IMG/VR virus record: IMGVR_UViG_3300025961_000001
Span: 3,745-67,744 of that record
Reading direction: 5' to 3' (one strand)
DNA from: a virus
Lineage: Duplodnaviria; Caudoviricetes
Length of the DNA stretch: 64,000 nt
The translations under genes and the position numbers were made by a program. Under the pieces are notes generated by a model, which saw nothing but the letters and a program-made list of their open reading frames with translations, ran no database searches and had not been told where the DNA came from. Positions 48,778 to 56,827 of this stretch are shown piece after piece. How positions within the stretch are numbered: the stretch's first letter is position 1; the number at the start of each line of letters is the position of its first letter.

Positions 48778-49284
48778 CTAATTAACGTTTTGGTTCATTG
48801 GAAATGGTGGCTCTTTAATCACGAGAGAGATGCCCGCTTGGACATCTATTGGCTTGGTGGCTACCACAGGCTTGCGCTCAGTTGGAGGATAGAACTTGTC
48901 CAGGGATTCTAGCGGCATCTTAGGCTCTGGCTTACGCTCATCAACCCAGAGTCCTTTAATCTTTAGGAATTGTTCAGCTCGTTCAGCAGCGCTGGCGTGT
49001 GCCGCGATCCAGTGAGATACGCTTGCGTCGTCTCGGTTATGGAAGGCTAGGCGCCTGGCATAGCTCGCGTGCTCTTTAGGGGTAAGCGTGTTTTCCGCTT
49101 CCCTCATGGCGTTTAGGTCGTTTAGGTAATCTGGGAGTATGTGGGAATCGTCGATAATCTCATCTGCTCTTCGGCGAAAGACTGACCTAGCGTACGCTGA
49201 GCCTTCAGGTGAGTACCAGGATTCAATCGTTGATCTCCAACCGCATGCCCGCGCAATAGCTTCTCTCTGAGTTTCTAGTGTCAT
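48778..49284 (-). CDS. Phage ABA-sandwich-like protein
   Basis: AIARACGW...PDYLNDLNAM.EAE...A.A.ERA..FL. Confidence 0.65.
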   Translation of the reverse strand: MTLETQREAIARACGWRSTIESWYSPEGSAYARSVFRRRADEIIDDSHILPDYLNDLNAMREAENTLTPKEHASYARRLAFHNRDDASVSHWIAAHASAAERAEQFLKIKGLWVDERKPEPKMPLESLDKFYPPTERKPVVATKPIDVQAGISLVIKEPPFPMNQNVN

Positions 49285-49502
49285 GGCTCAAAAGGTTCGT
49301 TAATTGTGAATGAGTTGTAGGGGTACTCAGGCTGTTTCTTGCTTGGCCGGATTATGCCTCTTTAAAATAGGATATTCCAGGCTGCTGCGCGTTTAGGGTT
49401 AGACGTTGCTTCCCAGTCTGTGATCACTGGATTACGTTTGATACGGGCTATGCACCAAGCCTCATTGGCTGCGCGGGTTCGCATGTCTGGTAGGTTGCTC
49501 AT
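49281..49502 (-). pseudogene. 73-codon ORF interrupted by an in-frame TAA
   Basis: ATGA-coupled at both ends; single TAA at 49362-49364. Confidence 0.55.
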
Positions 49503-49891
49503 GATTCGTCCTCATCTAATGTTTCTCGGCACGCATCTAGCTCTATTCTAAGCTTCATTACGCCATCATGGAACTGCTCCCATTGCCGCCCTGGCAGTTT
49601 GTTGCTAGCAGTAATTTCAATGCCTGCGTCTTCAGCCAGTGCGCGGGTAAGCTCAAAGTCTCCTTCGCGTAACTCGCGGTAGTAGTCTATCTCCTTTTTA
49701 AGCCTGGTGTTCTCTTCCAGCAGTTCTTTGTACCTTTCCATCGTTCTAACCAGCATGTTGGCTCCGTAGACCATCGCTGCTTTATCCTTGGTTTCTGGCA
49801 TTACGAAACTTAGGTCCGCTTCTGGCCCGGCTTTAACCCATTCGGGATTAAGCTTTGGTTGGTCTGTCGTTTTATCTGAGTCTGTGCTCAT
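49499..49891 (-). CDS. Hypothetical protein
   Basis: ATGA-coupled. Confidence 0.6.
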   Translation of the reverse strand: MSTDSDKTTDQPKLNPEWVKAGPEADLSFVMPETKDKAAMVYGANMLVRTMERYKELLEENTRLKKEIDYYRELREGDFELTRALAEDAGIEITASNKLPGRQWEQFHDGVMKLRIELDACRETLDEDES

Positions 49892-50115
49892 GGTTGTGCC
49901 GCTAGGGTTAAGGATCCGGTGTGGACTCCACAGAATGGACAGTAAGTCGGAGCGACATCTGGACCGGGGTTAATCCTTCCAGCTCTGCTTCTCTCAATCT
50001 TAACAGTCTTTAGGTTCAAGCTTGCGTGGAGCGTTTCCGCGCCAAACGAGACAGCTAGCGCATAACCATGCGGCTTAAGCTTCTCGTTTACTTTTGCTAT
50101 GCATTCACAGTTCAT
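49888..50115 (-). CDS. Small Zn-ribbon protein
   Basis: MNCEC...YCPFCG. Confidence 0.7.
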   Translation of the reverse strand: MNCECIAKVNEKLKPHGYALAVSFGAETLHASLNLKTVKIERSRAGRINPGPDVAPTYCPFCGVHTGSLTLAAQP

Positions 50116-50158
50116 AGTTGTTTTTGTTCTCTGTCGTTTTTGGTTGTTCTGTTCTCTG

Positions 50159-50494
50159 TTACTTCTTTGACTTACGCTTACTGGTTGCCATTTCTCTAAC
50201 TGGGACCGATTCTAGGAATCCAAAGGCTGCTGTTTCTTCCGAAGGAGTCGCGGCATCTTCCGGTTCCTTGCCGGCTTCCGGTATCGCCTGGTGTGCCGGT
50301 ATCTCATACTCTATCCATCCCGGTCTGAAGTTAATAAGTAGCGAGTCCTTGTGCCACTCTTGGTCTCCCGAGATGCACTTGGTTATCTTACGTCCTCGGT
50401 AGATCTCAAGGGCTTTAGCCATAGCTGAGCCTGCATCGTATCCTTTTACGTCTACCCGTTTTCCATCTGACAGTGTGATTTTGTAAGTTATCAT
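50159..50494 (-). CDS. Hypothetical protein
   Basis: A/C-rich leader, ATG start. Confidence 0.65.
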   Translation of the reverse strand: MITYKITLSDGKRVDVKGYDAGSAMAKALEIYRGRKITKCISGDQEWHKDSLLINFRPGWIEYEIPAHQAIPEAGKEPEDAATPSEETAAFGFLESVPVREMATSKRKSKK

Positions 50495-50534
50495 GTTTAT
50501 AGGTTGTTCTGTTCGTTATTTAAGGCATCTTAAA

Positions 50535-50741
50535 TTAAGCTTTCTTTCCGGTTCTGTTTAGGCTTCTCATCTTCTTGATAGCTCTCTCATCCTTAGTTCC
50601 ACCAGACGCTAGGTACAAGCACGCCTGTAACCAAGATCTAGGGTAGTAGTTTGATTGTATCTCTCGATACGGAGCTACCAGCTCTTCCCATTTGTCCGGG
50701 TAGAACTTTTTGATTAAGGTTAATGCCGATTCTTTGTTCAT
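50535..50741 (-). CDS. Hypothetical protein
   Basis: A-rich leader, ATG start. Confidence 0.55.
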   Translation of the reverse strand: MNKESALTLIKKFYPDKWEELVAPYREIQSNYYPRSWLQACLYLASGGTKDERAIKKMRSLNRTGKKA

Positions 50742-50764
50742 TTTGTTTTTCGATTATGCCCGTC

Positions 50765-51330
50765 GTTGCCGGGCTAAGTTTAGCTTGGGATAGAGGGAGT
50801 GAGAAGAGCGTATTTCCCCCTAACCCCATAGGATTAGGAGGTAAAGTGAAAGCCCGGTCTGTCGGTCGTTTCGCTTCGCTGCCAAAGATTCTTGGTCGCT
50901 GGTGGTATGACTGCTTTGCCAGCTCTCTTTAGCCTTTCCCCGATCAAAGAACCATTCCGTTGATCGCGTCATTTACTGCTTAGCTTCCGGAATTGCACCG
51001 CCAGCCTAAGCACCGTTGGATGTCCGGACCGCTTGGAGTCGGGAAGCACTGAAGAGCGAGCCTAGCGCCTGTACCTAGGCCATAATCGGGCAACTCGGTT
51101 CTAGAAACCTAATCCCGGTTGGAACGTATTTAATACGCCTTCGCTCATCAGTGCCGCCCTGCTGTTCGACAGCACGGACACCGATTTTCTAACACTGGAG
51201 CGCTTATTGTGTTCGCGGTCCAGTTAATTTTTACCAGTGCTACCTTCCTAACCCACTCGGCTTTGAGTGCGGCGGCTTGTGGGCCAATCGGTAGATGGGG
51301 TCTTGGAGTCGATGGCGGGACTCGCACGCT
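50765..51330 (-). ncRNA. Candidate large structured non-coding RNA (or structured DNA origin)
   Basis: No credible ORF; many nested stems including 13/14 bp helix 51046-51059 with 51141-51154; T-loop-like CGG-TGCAATT-CCG. Confidence 0.5.
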
Positions 51331-51337
51331 TCAAGTT

Positions 51338-51520
51338 TTAGAAGCTCCGGGTGCGTTTTATCCTTTCTTTCCAGGCTTGTTTAGCCTCTGGTGTTCCATA
51401 CCCGTACTTAGCGCGATCGTTAAGAAACTTCTTTCTAGCCTCTTCCCACTCACGCTTAGCCGCAGCATCGTCCTTTGCCTGCTTGGCCGTGAACTGATTT
51501 AATCTGGGTACGTTTGGCAT
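51338..51520 (-). CDS. Small basic helical protein
   Basis: 60 aa ORF between RNA elements. Confidence 0.5.
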   Translation of the reverse strand: MPNVPRLNQFTAKQAKDDAAAKREWEEARKKFLNDRAKYGYGTPEAKQAWKERIKRTRSF

Positions 51521-51557
51521 TGCAGTGAATGCTTCCGTAGCCGGTGTCCCTCACGTC

Positions 51558-51665
51558 CTGAGTTGACCCGACTGGATTCGAACCAGCATGGCCGCGCGAC
51601 CAGCTCTAACGCCCAGGTTGCAACCTAAGACGCTGCGTCTACCATTCCGCCACGGGTCAACTCAG
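51558..51665 (-). ncRNA. tRNA-like element (class II D/T/variable arms, aberrant anticodon arm, no CCA)
   Basis: TGGCGGAATGGTAGACGC D-arm; GCTGG-TTCGAAT-CCAGT T-arm; 13 bp closing stem. Confidence 0.75.
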
Positions 51666-51800
51666 AAAATGAAAGAACGTCTTTAATCTCACAAAGGCTC
51701 TCACGACCAGACTAGGTTAGGCTGTAACGTGCCGCCAAAGGTCTGTGCGTTACCACAAATTGTCTTCAGCATAGCTAGCGCTGGTCCTGGGAGACTTTGT

Positions 51801-51912
51801 AAAAGCAAAGAACCGACCTCGGCTAGAAGATCGGTTCTTAGGAATTTCGCTCGGTCTTATTTGATGTTCGACCGAGAAAGTATGCTTAGAATCAATCCGA
51901 CTAGCCATCGGA
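51801..51912 (-). promoter_or_regulatory. Attenuator-like leader with complementary hairpin loops
   Basis: TCCGA-TGGCTAG-TCGGA and AAGAACCGATCTT-CTAGCC-GAGGTCGGTTCTT-TGCTTTT. Confidence 0.55.
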
Positions 51913-52003
51913 CGCAAGCCGGATCAAAAGAATCCCATTGAAACGATCAAGCGAAATCTGAAAAATATTTCGACTCTCCTCTGAAAATAGGGTCTACTCC
52001 CTC

Positions 52004-52354
52004 ATGAACTTCTTCTGTTGGGACACAGATAGGTTAGCCACTAAAGAAGATATTCATCGTCTAGAGAACCTGTTACGTCAGATCGAACACAATATCCTCA
52101 ATCGAATCTCTCATATCTCCATGAAAATCTCCGAGTTAGAAGCAAAGCTCGCCTCGTATGGCGACACCCTTACCAAGATCCAAGCGGAAGTCCAGGCCCT
52201 CAAGGACTCCATCAACACGGACCCCGATGTACCCCAAGCAGTCGTAGACTCGGTTGCCCGCATTGATAGCCTACTCACGTCCATTGACGAGATTAACCCT
52301 GACGTTACCGATGTCACGGATTCAGGGACAGGCGGCACTACCCTGCGCGGTTAA
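52004..52354 (+). CDS. Coiled-coil hypothetical protein
   Basis: LTKIQAEVQALKDS...VPQAVVDSV; followed by terminator. Confidence 0.7.
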   Translation: MNFFCWDTDRLATKEDIHRLENLLRQIEHNILNRISHISMKISELEAKLASYGDTLTKIQAEVQALKDSINTDPDVPQAVVDSVARIDSLLTSIDEINPDVTDVTDSGTGGTTLRG

Positions 52355-52365
52355 GCCTACCAAAG

Positions 52366-52403
52366 AAAAACCCCTGACTGGTTGGTTACAGCCCAGGGGT
52401 TTT
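52366..52403. terminator. Bidirectional intrinsic terminator
   Basis: AAAAACCCCTG...CAGGGGTTTT between convergent units. Confidence 0.75.
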
Positions 52404-52409
52404 AGTTAA

Positions 52410-52508
52410 GAGCGGGAGGGTTTGCACCTCCAATTTGGCAGCGATTCTTATTTCGGATATTGCCAGTTCCGGATTCTCGCTTGGGTATGCACTGGTTCCC
52501 GTTCGCTC
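52410..52508 (-). ncRNA. Second, more degenerate tRNA-like cloverleaf
   Basis: GAGCG/CGCTC closing stem, GGG..CCC arm, AGCGA/TCGCT arm, GGAGG-TGCAAAC-CCTCC T-arm. Confidence 0.5.
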
Positions 52509-52654
52509 AAAATAGATCCGGTTGCTACGATTAACGCCGACCGGGGCTGGCGTGGTACAAACAAAGGAACAGAGGCTGCGCAGTCATCGTTGCTGAAACC
52601 CTAGCGAGCGGCTGGTTATGAACAAAAACAGAAGCTCTAAAAACAACTCACGCT

Positions 52655-52683
52655 AAGCTTGCGCCTCGATCGGCTCAGGTCAA
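52655..52683 (-). promoter_or_regulatory. Putative promoter of a non-coding transcript
   Basis: TTGACC-17-AAGCTT on -. Confidence 0.4.
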
Positions 52684-52684
52684 G

Positions 52685-53137
52685 CTAAACCCCGAAGCGC
52701 TTCTTCCACGCGCTGGGGACCCAGCCAATAGTACGCTCGGCTCCCGGCTGAAATCTAAAGTGCCCCGCTTCATCAATGCAGGCGAGCGTAACATTGTACG
52801 GCTTACCCGCCGGGTCCAAATGGCCAATCATGACTGTCTCACCAACCGGCGGTTTCTCCTGGCTCAATAACTTCCACTCGCTTGCTTTGGTTTCAGTGGC
52901 CATAATATCCAACGCTGGCTGCTTCTGCGTGCGTGTCAATTCTGATGGCGTCATGACTCGGTCATAGTGGACTTCTACGCTCCTAGGGGCCTTCTCGTGC
53001 CCGTGGCACACATATCTCGCGTACATGCCATCCTTACATGGCACATCCAAAGTTGAGATAGTCTCGCCCGCTTTGATCTCAAGCGATTCTTTTCGTCCAT
53101 CCCACTCGCCGCCCGTAAAGAATATCTGGGTTTTCAT
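52685..53137 (-). CDS. Hypothetical protein (DUF551-like C-terminus)
   Basis: F.GG.WDG N-terminus; W..LSQEKPP.GETV...W. Confidence 0.6.
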   Translation of the reverse strand: MKTQIFFTGGEWDGRKESLEIKAGETISTLDVPCKDGMYARYVCHGHEKAPRSVEVHYDRVMTPSELTRTQKQPALDIMATETKASEWKLLSQEKPPVGETVMIGHLDPAGKPYNVTLACIDEAGHFRFQPGAERTIGWVPSAWKKRFGV

Positions 53138-53460
53138 CGGTAGTCGTAAATCTTGAGGTTATGTTTCTTGGCGCGAGCGGCCATATCGGCTGTTCCTTTT
53201 CCTCCTGGAAAGAGAACGCAGGCCTCGGCATACTTTGCCATCTCTTCGTTTCGGATTGGCCCTGCTGCGCGTCCGTGCTTGGTCCAGTTAGCAGGAAAGA
53301 GCTTTATGGGAATACCATTGGTCTCAGCAAAAAGTTCCGCGCATCGATCAGCACCCGTCGCGCCGCCTGAGACTACCTCGGTGATCGAAAGCCTGTGAAG
53401 ATTTAGGCAATCATCTGGGGTGAATTCGTAATCGCGGCCACCAGCTATGATAGTTTTCAT
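53134..53460 (-). CDS. SLOG-superfamily protein (DUF2493-like)
   Basis: IIAGGRDY, VSGGATGAD, FPANW..HGRAAGPIRNEEM, FPGGKGTADM. Confidence 0.88.
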   Translation of the reverse strand: MKTIIAGGRDYEFTPDDCLNLHRLSITEVVSGGATGADRCAELFAETNGIPIKLFPANWTKHGRAAGPIRNEEMAKYAEACVLFPGGKGTADMAARAKKHNLKIYDYR

Positions 53461-53624
53461 CGGCGATTCAAAACCTCCGCATAGGCGCGCCGCGCAAACA
53501 CAAGCTGACGATACGCAGACCCAACGCGCCAAGATTCAACTAGGACCCTTAGCCCGCTTGCTCTGCTGAACCGTTCCCAGGCTGCTAGGTAGTCGTCAAT
53601 GTAGGGTTGTAGGAATTTATTCAT
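53457..53624 (-). CDS. Hypothetical protein (55 aa, not in ORF track)
   Basis: MNKFLQPYIDDYLAAWERF...; ATGA-coupled at both ends. Confidence 0.5.
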   Translation of the reverse strand: MNKFLQPYIDDYLAAWERFSRASGLRVLVESWRVGSAYRQLVFARRAYAEVLNRR

Positions 53625-53860
53625 TGGATTTTTGTAGCTCTGAACTTGTGAACGCCCGAAGATGAATCATACCATATATTAACTCTATATCCCCTGGGAA
53701 CAAGCTCGTCGGTTAATTGGTTAACAAGTTCGAAGCATTCTGCATTTGATACGCCATCATCGTATTCGAATTCTATTCGATCGGGCATAAGCGCGGCAAA
53801 TTTATCGCCTTTAGTCTGGATAGCTACGAGTGCTGTTTTTAACTGTTCTGTCGTTGTCAT
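53621..53860 (-). CDS. Hypothetical protein
   Basis: ATGA-coupled. Confidence 0.6.
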   Translation of the reverse strand: MTTTEQLKTALVAIQTKGDKFAALMPDRIEFEYDDGVSNAECFELVNQLTDELVPRGYRVNIWYDSSSGVHKFRATKIQ

Positions 53861-54450
53861 GATTGCTCCTGTTCTACAATCACTTCTTTTGCCTGTGCTC
53901 GTATCTTATTGTTTGACTCTTCTACTTTGTGCTGGGTTTTCTTCCCCAAATCGGCTATCTTCTTCATGCGTTCTTCTAGCGACATGCCAGCGCCTTCCAT
54001 CAAGCCTTTAGCGGCAGCACCTAGCATTTGTCCTGCTAGATTACCGATAGCTGAATGACCTACTGCTGACTCTGGTGCTTCTGTTCCCTTATGCGCGGCT
54101 TCAACCATTTCAGATACGAGACTCCCGGCCTTCATGAAATCAGCTAACGCCTTAGGCTCAAGCACCAGGTTTGAGCTAAGCATGAAGTCAACGTTCTGTG
54201 AGTACGCCTTCATGAGCTTCGCAGCAAGTAACTGCCTCTCTGCTTTAGCGCTATCCTGATTGATAGGTACGCGGAACTGCATGCCAGACTCAGCGCGGAT
54301 AGTGAGAGCACCAATGAACTTCTTTTCCGATTTACGCAGTGATCTCCGCTTAGACTTAACGACTGGCGGCTGAATCGGGGCAAGACTAAGCGACTCCTCT
54401 GGTGCGAACGATTGCGCTAATGCTTGCTCCTGTGTGATTGGTTGGCTCAT
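53857..54450 (-). CDS. Helical hypothetical protein (possible small terminase)
   Basis: 197 aa helical; no diagnostic motif. Confidence 0.5.
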   Translation of the reverse strand: MSQPITQEQALAQSFAPEESLSLAPIQPPVVKSKRRSLRKSEKKFIGALTIRAESGMQFRVPINQDSAKAERQLLAAKLMKAYSQNVDFMLSSNLVLEPKALADFMKAGSLVSEMVEAAHKGTEAPESAVGHSAIGNLAGQMLGAAAKGLMEGAGMSLEERMKKIADLGKKTQHKVEESNNKIRAQAKEVIVEQEQS

Positions 54451-54668
54451 GAGAATTGGTGTTGTTCGGCAGCGCGCTCTAGAGAGCTATTGATCCGTTG
54501 AATTGACTCTAAGTCTCCTCTTACAAAAAAGTGGTACTCAAACCAGTCTCGATTCATTTGGTACTCGAATTCATAGCCCATAAACCTAAGGCCGTCGAGG
54601 TACGTTTTGAACTTCTTGGCTAACAGCCAGCCAATGACGTAGTGCTGCGCGTAATTTTGTGAGGTCAT
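54447..54668 (-). CDS. Hypothetical protein
   Basis: ATGA-coupled. Confidence 0.6.
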   Translation of the reverse strand: MTSQNYAQHYVIGWLLAKKFKTYLDGLRFMGYEFEYQMNRDWFEYHFFVRGDLESIQRINSSLERAAEQHQFS

Positions 54669-54859
54669 GATTTTGGTTTAATCGCGTACCGTTCGAATAG
54701 GTATCTAACGACTCGGTCTTTTTCTATTGCGGTCAAGATCTCGGAGCTCCAGGTGTTTTCTATAGCAAGCACCGTCAAATAAATCGTAGCTAGTTCATTA
54801 TCGCCAAGTCCGTCTGGTATGGCGAAAGTAATCTGAAGTGGTTTTCGTTCGTCGCTCAT
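54665..54859 (-). CDS. Hypothetical protein
   Basis: ATGA-coupled. Confidence 0.6.
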   Translation of the reverse strand: MSDERKPLQITFAIPDGLGDNELATIYLTVLAIENTWSSEILTAIEKDRVVRYLFERYAIKPKS

Positions 54860-55299
54860 AATGTAAACTCCCCACGAACAAAACTAGTTCTGATTGTTGC
54901 GCCGTTCACGCCAAGCAGGCGTCCTATGTTCTCATAACAACGTTTGATCGGTAGCTTGGTTTGTTTCTGAAGATCGTGAGCCCTACGTACTACCTCGCGC
55001 TTAAGCTCCAAAGGATACTTCGAATTGTTGGCCTTGCGCATGAGCACAACCTGACCTTGATTTTGCTTCTCAATCTTAGTTACAAAAAGGTGTTTGCGTA
55101 GCGACTCTAAACCTACACCCGTCTCTTCGGACGCAGCTTGGATTCCTATTTCCTTGGCCCTAACTGCGGCTAGGTTGAGAAGCTCCAGGGGATATTTCCT
55201 GCGCCGAATGTTAGCGGCGGCACGCACATTGGTCTGTGCTAGCTGCCCGAGCTCTGAGTTTGCGGCAACCATGCGTATGCCTGATATGGGTTGGTTCAT
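54856..55299 (-). CDS. Tandem HTH DNA-binding protein
   Basis: Two KYPLEL...GV...(L/I)R repeats. Confidence 0.65.
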   Translation of the reverse strand: MNQPISGIRMVAANSELGQLAQTNVRAAANIRRRKYPLELLNLAAVRAKEIGIQAASEETGVGLESLRKHLFVTKIEKQNQGQVVLMRKANNSKYPLELKREVVRRAHDLQKQTKLPIKRCYENIGRLLGVNGATIRTSFVRGEFTL

Positions 55300-55745
55300 G
55301 ATAGTCGTTTAAGGTATTTTGTGATTGCAGCCATTGCTTCCTCAAGTGAATAGGCTACGAAAACGAAGTAGCCCTGGCCGGAGACTAGATCTAGCCACTC
55401 ACTTTGAGCATCCGAAACCATTCCATTTGGAGCCTTCAATTCGATTGCCATCCCATGCCACTGCGAACGCGGCACAAAAAGTATGTAGTCCGAAACGCCC
55501 GCTACTTTTCCCATTCGCTTAAGCCTAGCTCCACGAATAAAGTCCTGCTTGCTTGTCTTAGATCCTTCGTTAGGCACATGCACCAGTAATCGGGAATCGG
55601 GCACACCAAACCCCTTGTGTGCAAAATTGAACCACTTTACCAGAGACTCAGCTATCTGGCCTTCTGGCTGTTTCTTGCGCTGCTGGCGTTTGAACTTAGC
55701 GCGCCATTCTTTGAGTGCATCTTCCGGAAGAAACGCAGCATTCAT
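55296..55745 (-). CDS. VRR-NUC domain nuclease
   Basis: HVPNEG, KRMG..AGVSD, IELKAP.G.VS..Q..W. Confidence 0.88.
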   Translation of the reverse strand: MNAAFLPEDALKEWRAKFKRQQRKKQPEGQIAESLVKWFNFAHKGFGVPDSRLLVHVPNEGSKTSKQDFIRGARLKRMGKVAGVSDYILFVPRSQWHGMAIELKAPNGMVSDAQSEWLDLVSGQGYFVFVAYSLEEAMAAITKYLKRLS

Positions 55746-55996
55746 GGTTTGTCCTCGATTAAGATGTCGCACGAGATGGGCTGTTCTGGCATACCTAAAT
55801 GCATGTGCTCACCGAAAATCTGCATTGCCTGCCAAAGTTGCATCTCAGTAAATCCTTCGCTGTCCTTCTCTAGTGGTCTAGCTTTAATTCCATAGCTGGC
55901 GTAAAACTTTTCTCGAATCGATTGGCCTAATGGCGTGATCTTAATTTTCACGTAATAATTTAGGTTGTATGGCTTGTAAACAGATGCGCAGTTCAT
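55742..55996 (-). CDS. Hypothetical phage protein
   Basis: NLN.YVKIK.T..G...GFTEMQLW..MQIFG. Confidence 0.7.
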   Translation of the reverse strand: MNCASVYKPYNLNYYVKIKITPLGQSIREKFYASYGIKARPLEKDSEGFTEMQLWQAMQIFGEHMHLGMPEQPISCDILIEDKP

Positions 55997-55997
55997 T

Positions 55998-56747
55998 TTA
56001 GTAAAGGCGTCTGACGGTAGCGTTGAAACCAACGAATGTAAGTGCTGCCTGTGTGAATACATTTATGCGGATCTTGTCTCCTGCCGCGTAGGTCCCGCGC
56101 ACAATAGCTTGAAGCCCGTAATGCACGTAAGCCCCGTTCCCACTAGGCGTCATTGCCCACAGTGTCTTATTGTCCTTGTTATCAATCCCGGCGGTCAAGC
56201 CTACGCCTACGTTAGCTGGAGGCTGATCTACTGTTCTTGCGGTAATCAGGATCTCATATACCCCGCCTTCGCCTGCCGCGATTAGATACGTGTTGCTTGC
56301 GTTATCCCAGTGGGTGCCAGGATCGTTAACCTTAATCAAAGGAACGATTGCAAAGTCAGGAAATTGTGCCACTGGTGGACTATAGGAACCACACGACAAC
56401 TCGGCATACTGTTTACTCAGGTCCGGCGCATAGACAGGAGTCGGAGTAGTCGCGGCACTCACTGTAAGTGTACCAATTTCTGACGTAGCTGAGCCTGCTT
56501 GATTTAGTACGACGGCTGAATAGTCGCCCGAGTCCGCTACAGTTACGCTAGGAATAACGTAGGGATTTGCTGTAGCCCCAGGGATAGGCACTCCCGCCTT
56601 ACGCCAGGCATACGTGAAAGGAGCAGTTCCCCCCGCCGTAGTAATTGAGAACGTTACTGACTGACCAACCGTTGCGCTAGCAGACGAGCCGAATAGGCTG
56701 CTTGCCGCGCCGCACAAGAAAAACAGGGGATAGGAGTAGGGTTTCAT
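55998..56747 (-). CDS. Signal peptide, I-set Ig domain and C1q-like domain
   Basis: GQSVTFS....GTAPFTYAWRK.G.PIPGAT....I..V...DSGDYS.VV.N.AGSATS; D...HWD.....Y.....GVY.I. Confidence 0.75.
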   Translation of the reverse strand: MKPYSYPLFFLCGAASSLFGSSASATVGQSVTFSITTAGGTAPFTYAWRKAGVPIPGATANPYVIPSVTVADSGDYSAVVLNQAGSATSEIGTLTVSAATTPTPVYAPDLSKQYAELSCGSYSPPVAQFPDFAIVPLIKVNDPGTHWDNASNTYLIAAGEGGVYEILITARTVDQPPANVGVGLTAGIDNKDNKTLWAMTPSGNGAYVHYGLQAIVRGTYAAGDKIRINVFTQAALTFVGFNATVRRLY

Positions 56748-56827
56748 TTTTTATTGATTAGAGCTATCACGAGGATTATTGCGGCGATCCCCATCGCTAT
56801 TGCTATGGCTGGAAAAACGTAGATCAT
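56744..56827 (-). CDS. 27-aa single-TM peptide (not in ORF track)
   Basis: MIYVFPAIAIAMGIAAIILVIALINKK; ATGA-coupled at both ends. Confidence 0.5.
   Translation of the reverse strand: MIYVFPAIAIAMGIAAIILVIALINKK

Noticed and set aside
49362-49364. Genome-wide stop codon reassignment
   Set aside because: Long genes are intact in code 11, and TAA, TAG and TGA all end coupled genes
51144-51151. CTGATGAG on - resembling a hammerhead ribozyme core
   Set aside because: No stem II followed by GAAA; the bases are instead used in the long helix with 51046-51059
51304-51330. tRNA/tmRNA-like 3' end (TGCGAGTCCCGCCATCGACTCCA on -) as a tRNA gene or attP
   Set aside because: T-stem 5' strand does not pair, no matching 5' acceptor strand nearby, and no integrase in the window; kept only as part of the RNA island
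51564-51659. Calling the element a functional tRNA-Leu(TAG) or tRNA-Cys(GCA)
   Set aside because: Neither triplet sits in a 7-nt loop on a 5-bp stem
52550-52650. U-rich part of the ncRNA as antisense to A/C-rich gene leaders (e.g. 50115, 62201)
   Set aside because: Matches are only 9-11 nt of low-complexity sequence and could be chance
54856-55299. IS3-like transposase OrfA
   Set aside because: Only HTH repeats; no DDE domain or terminal inverted repeats
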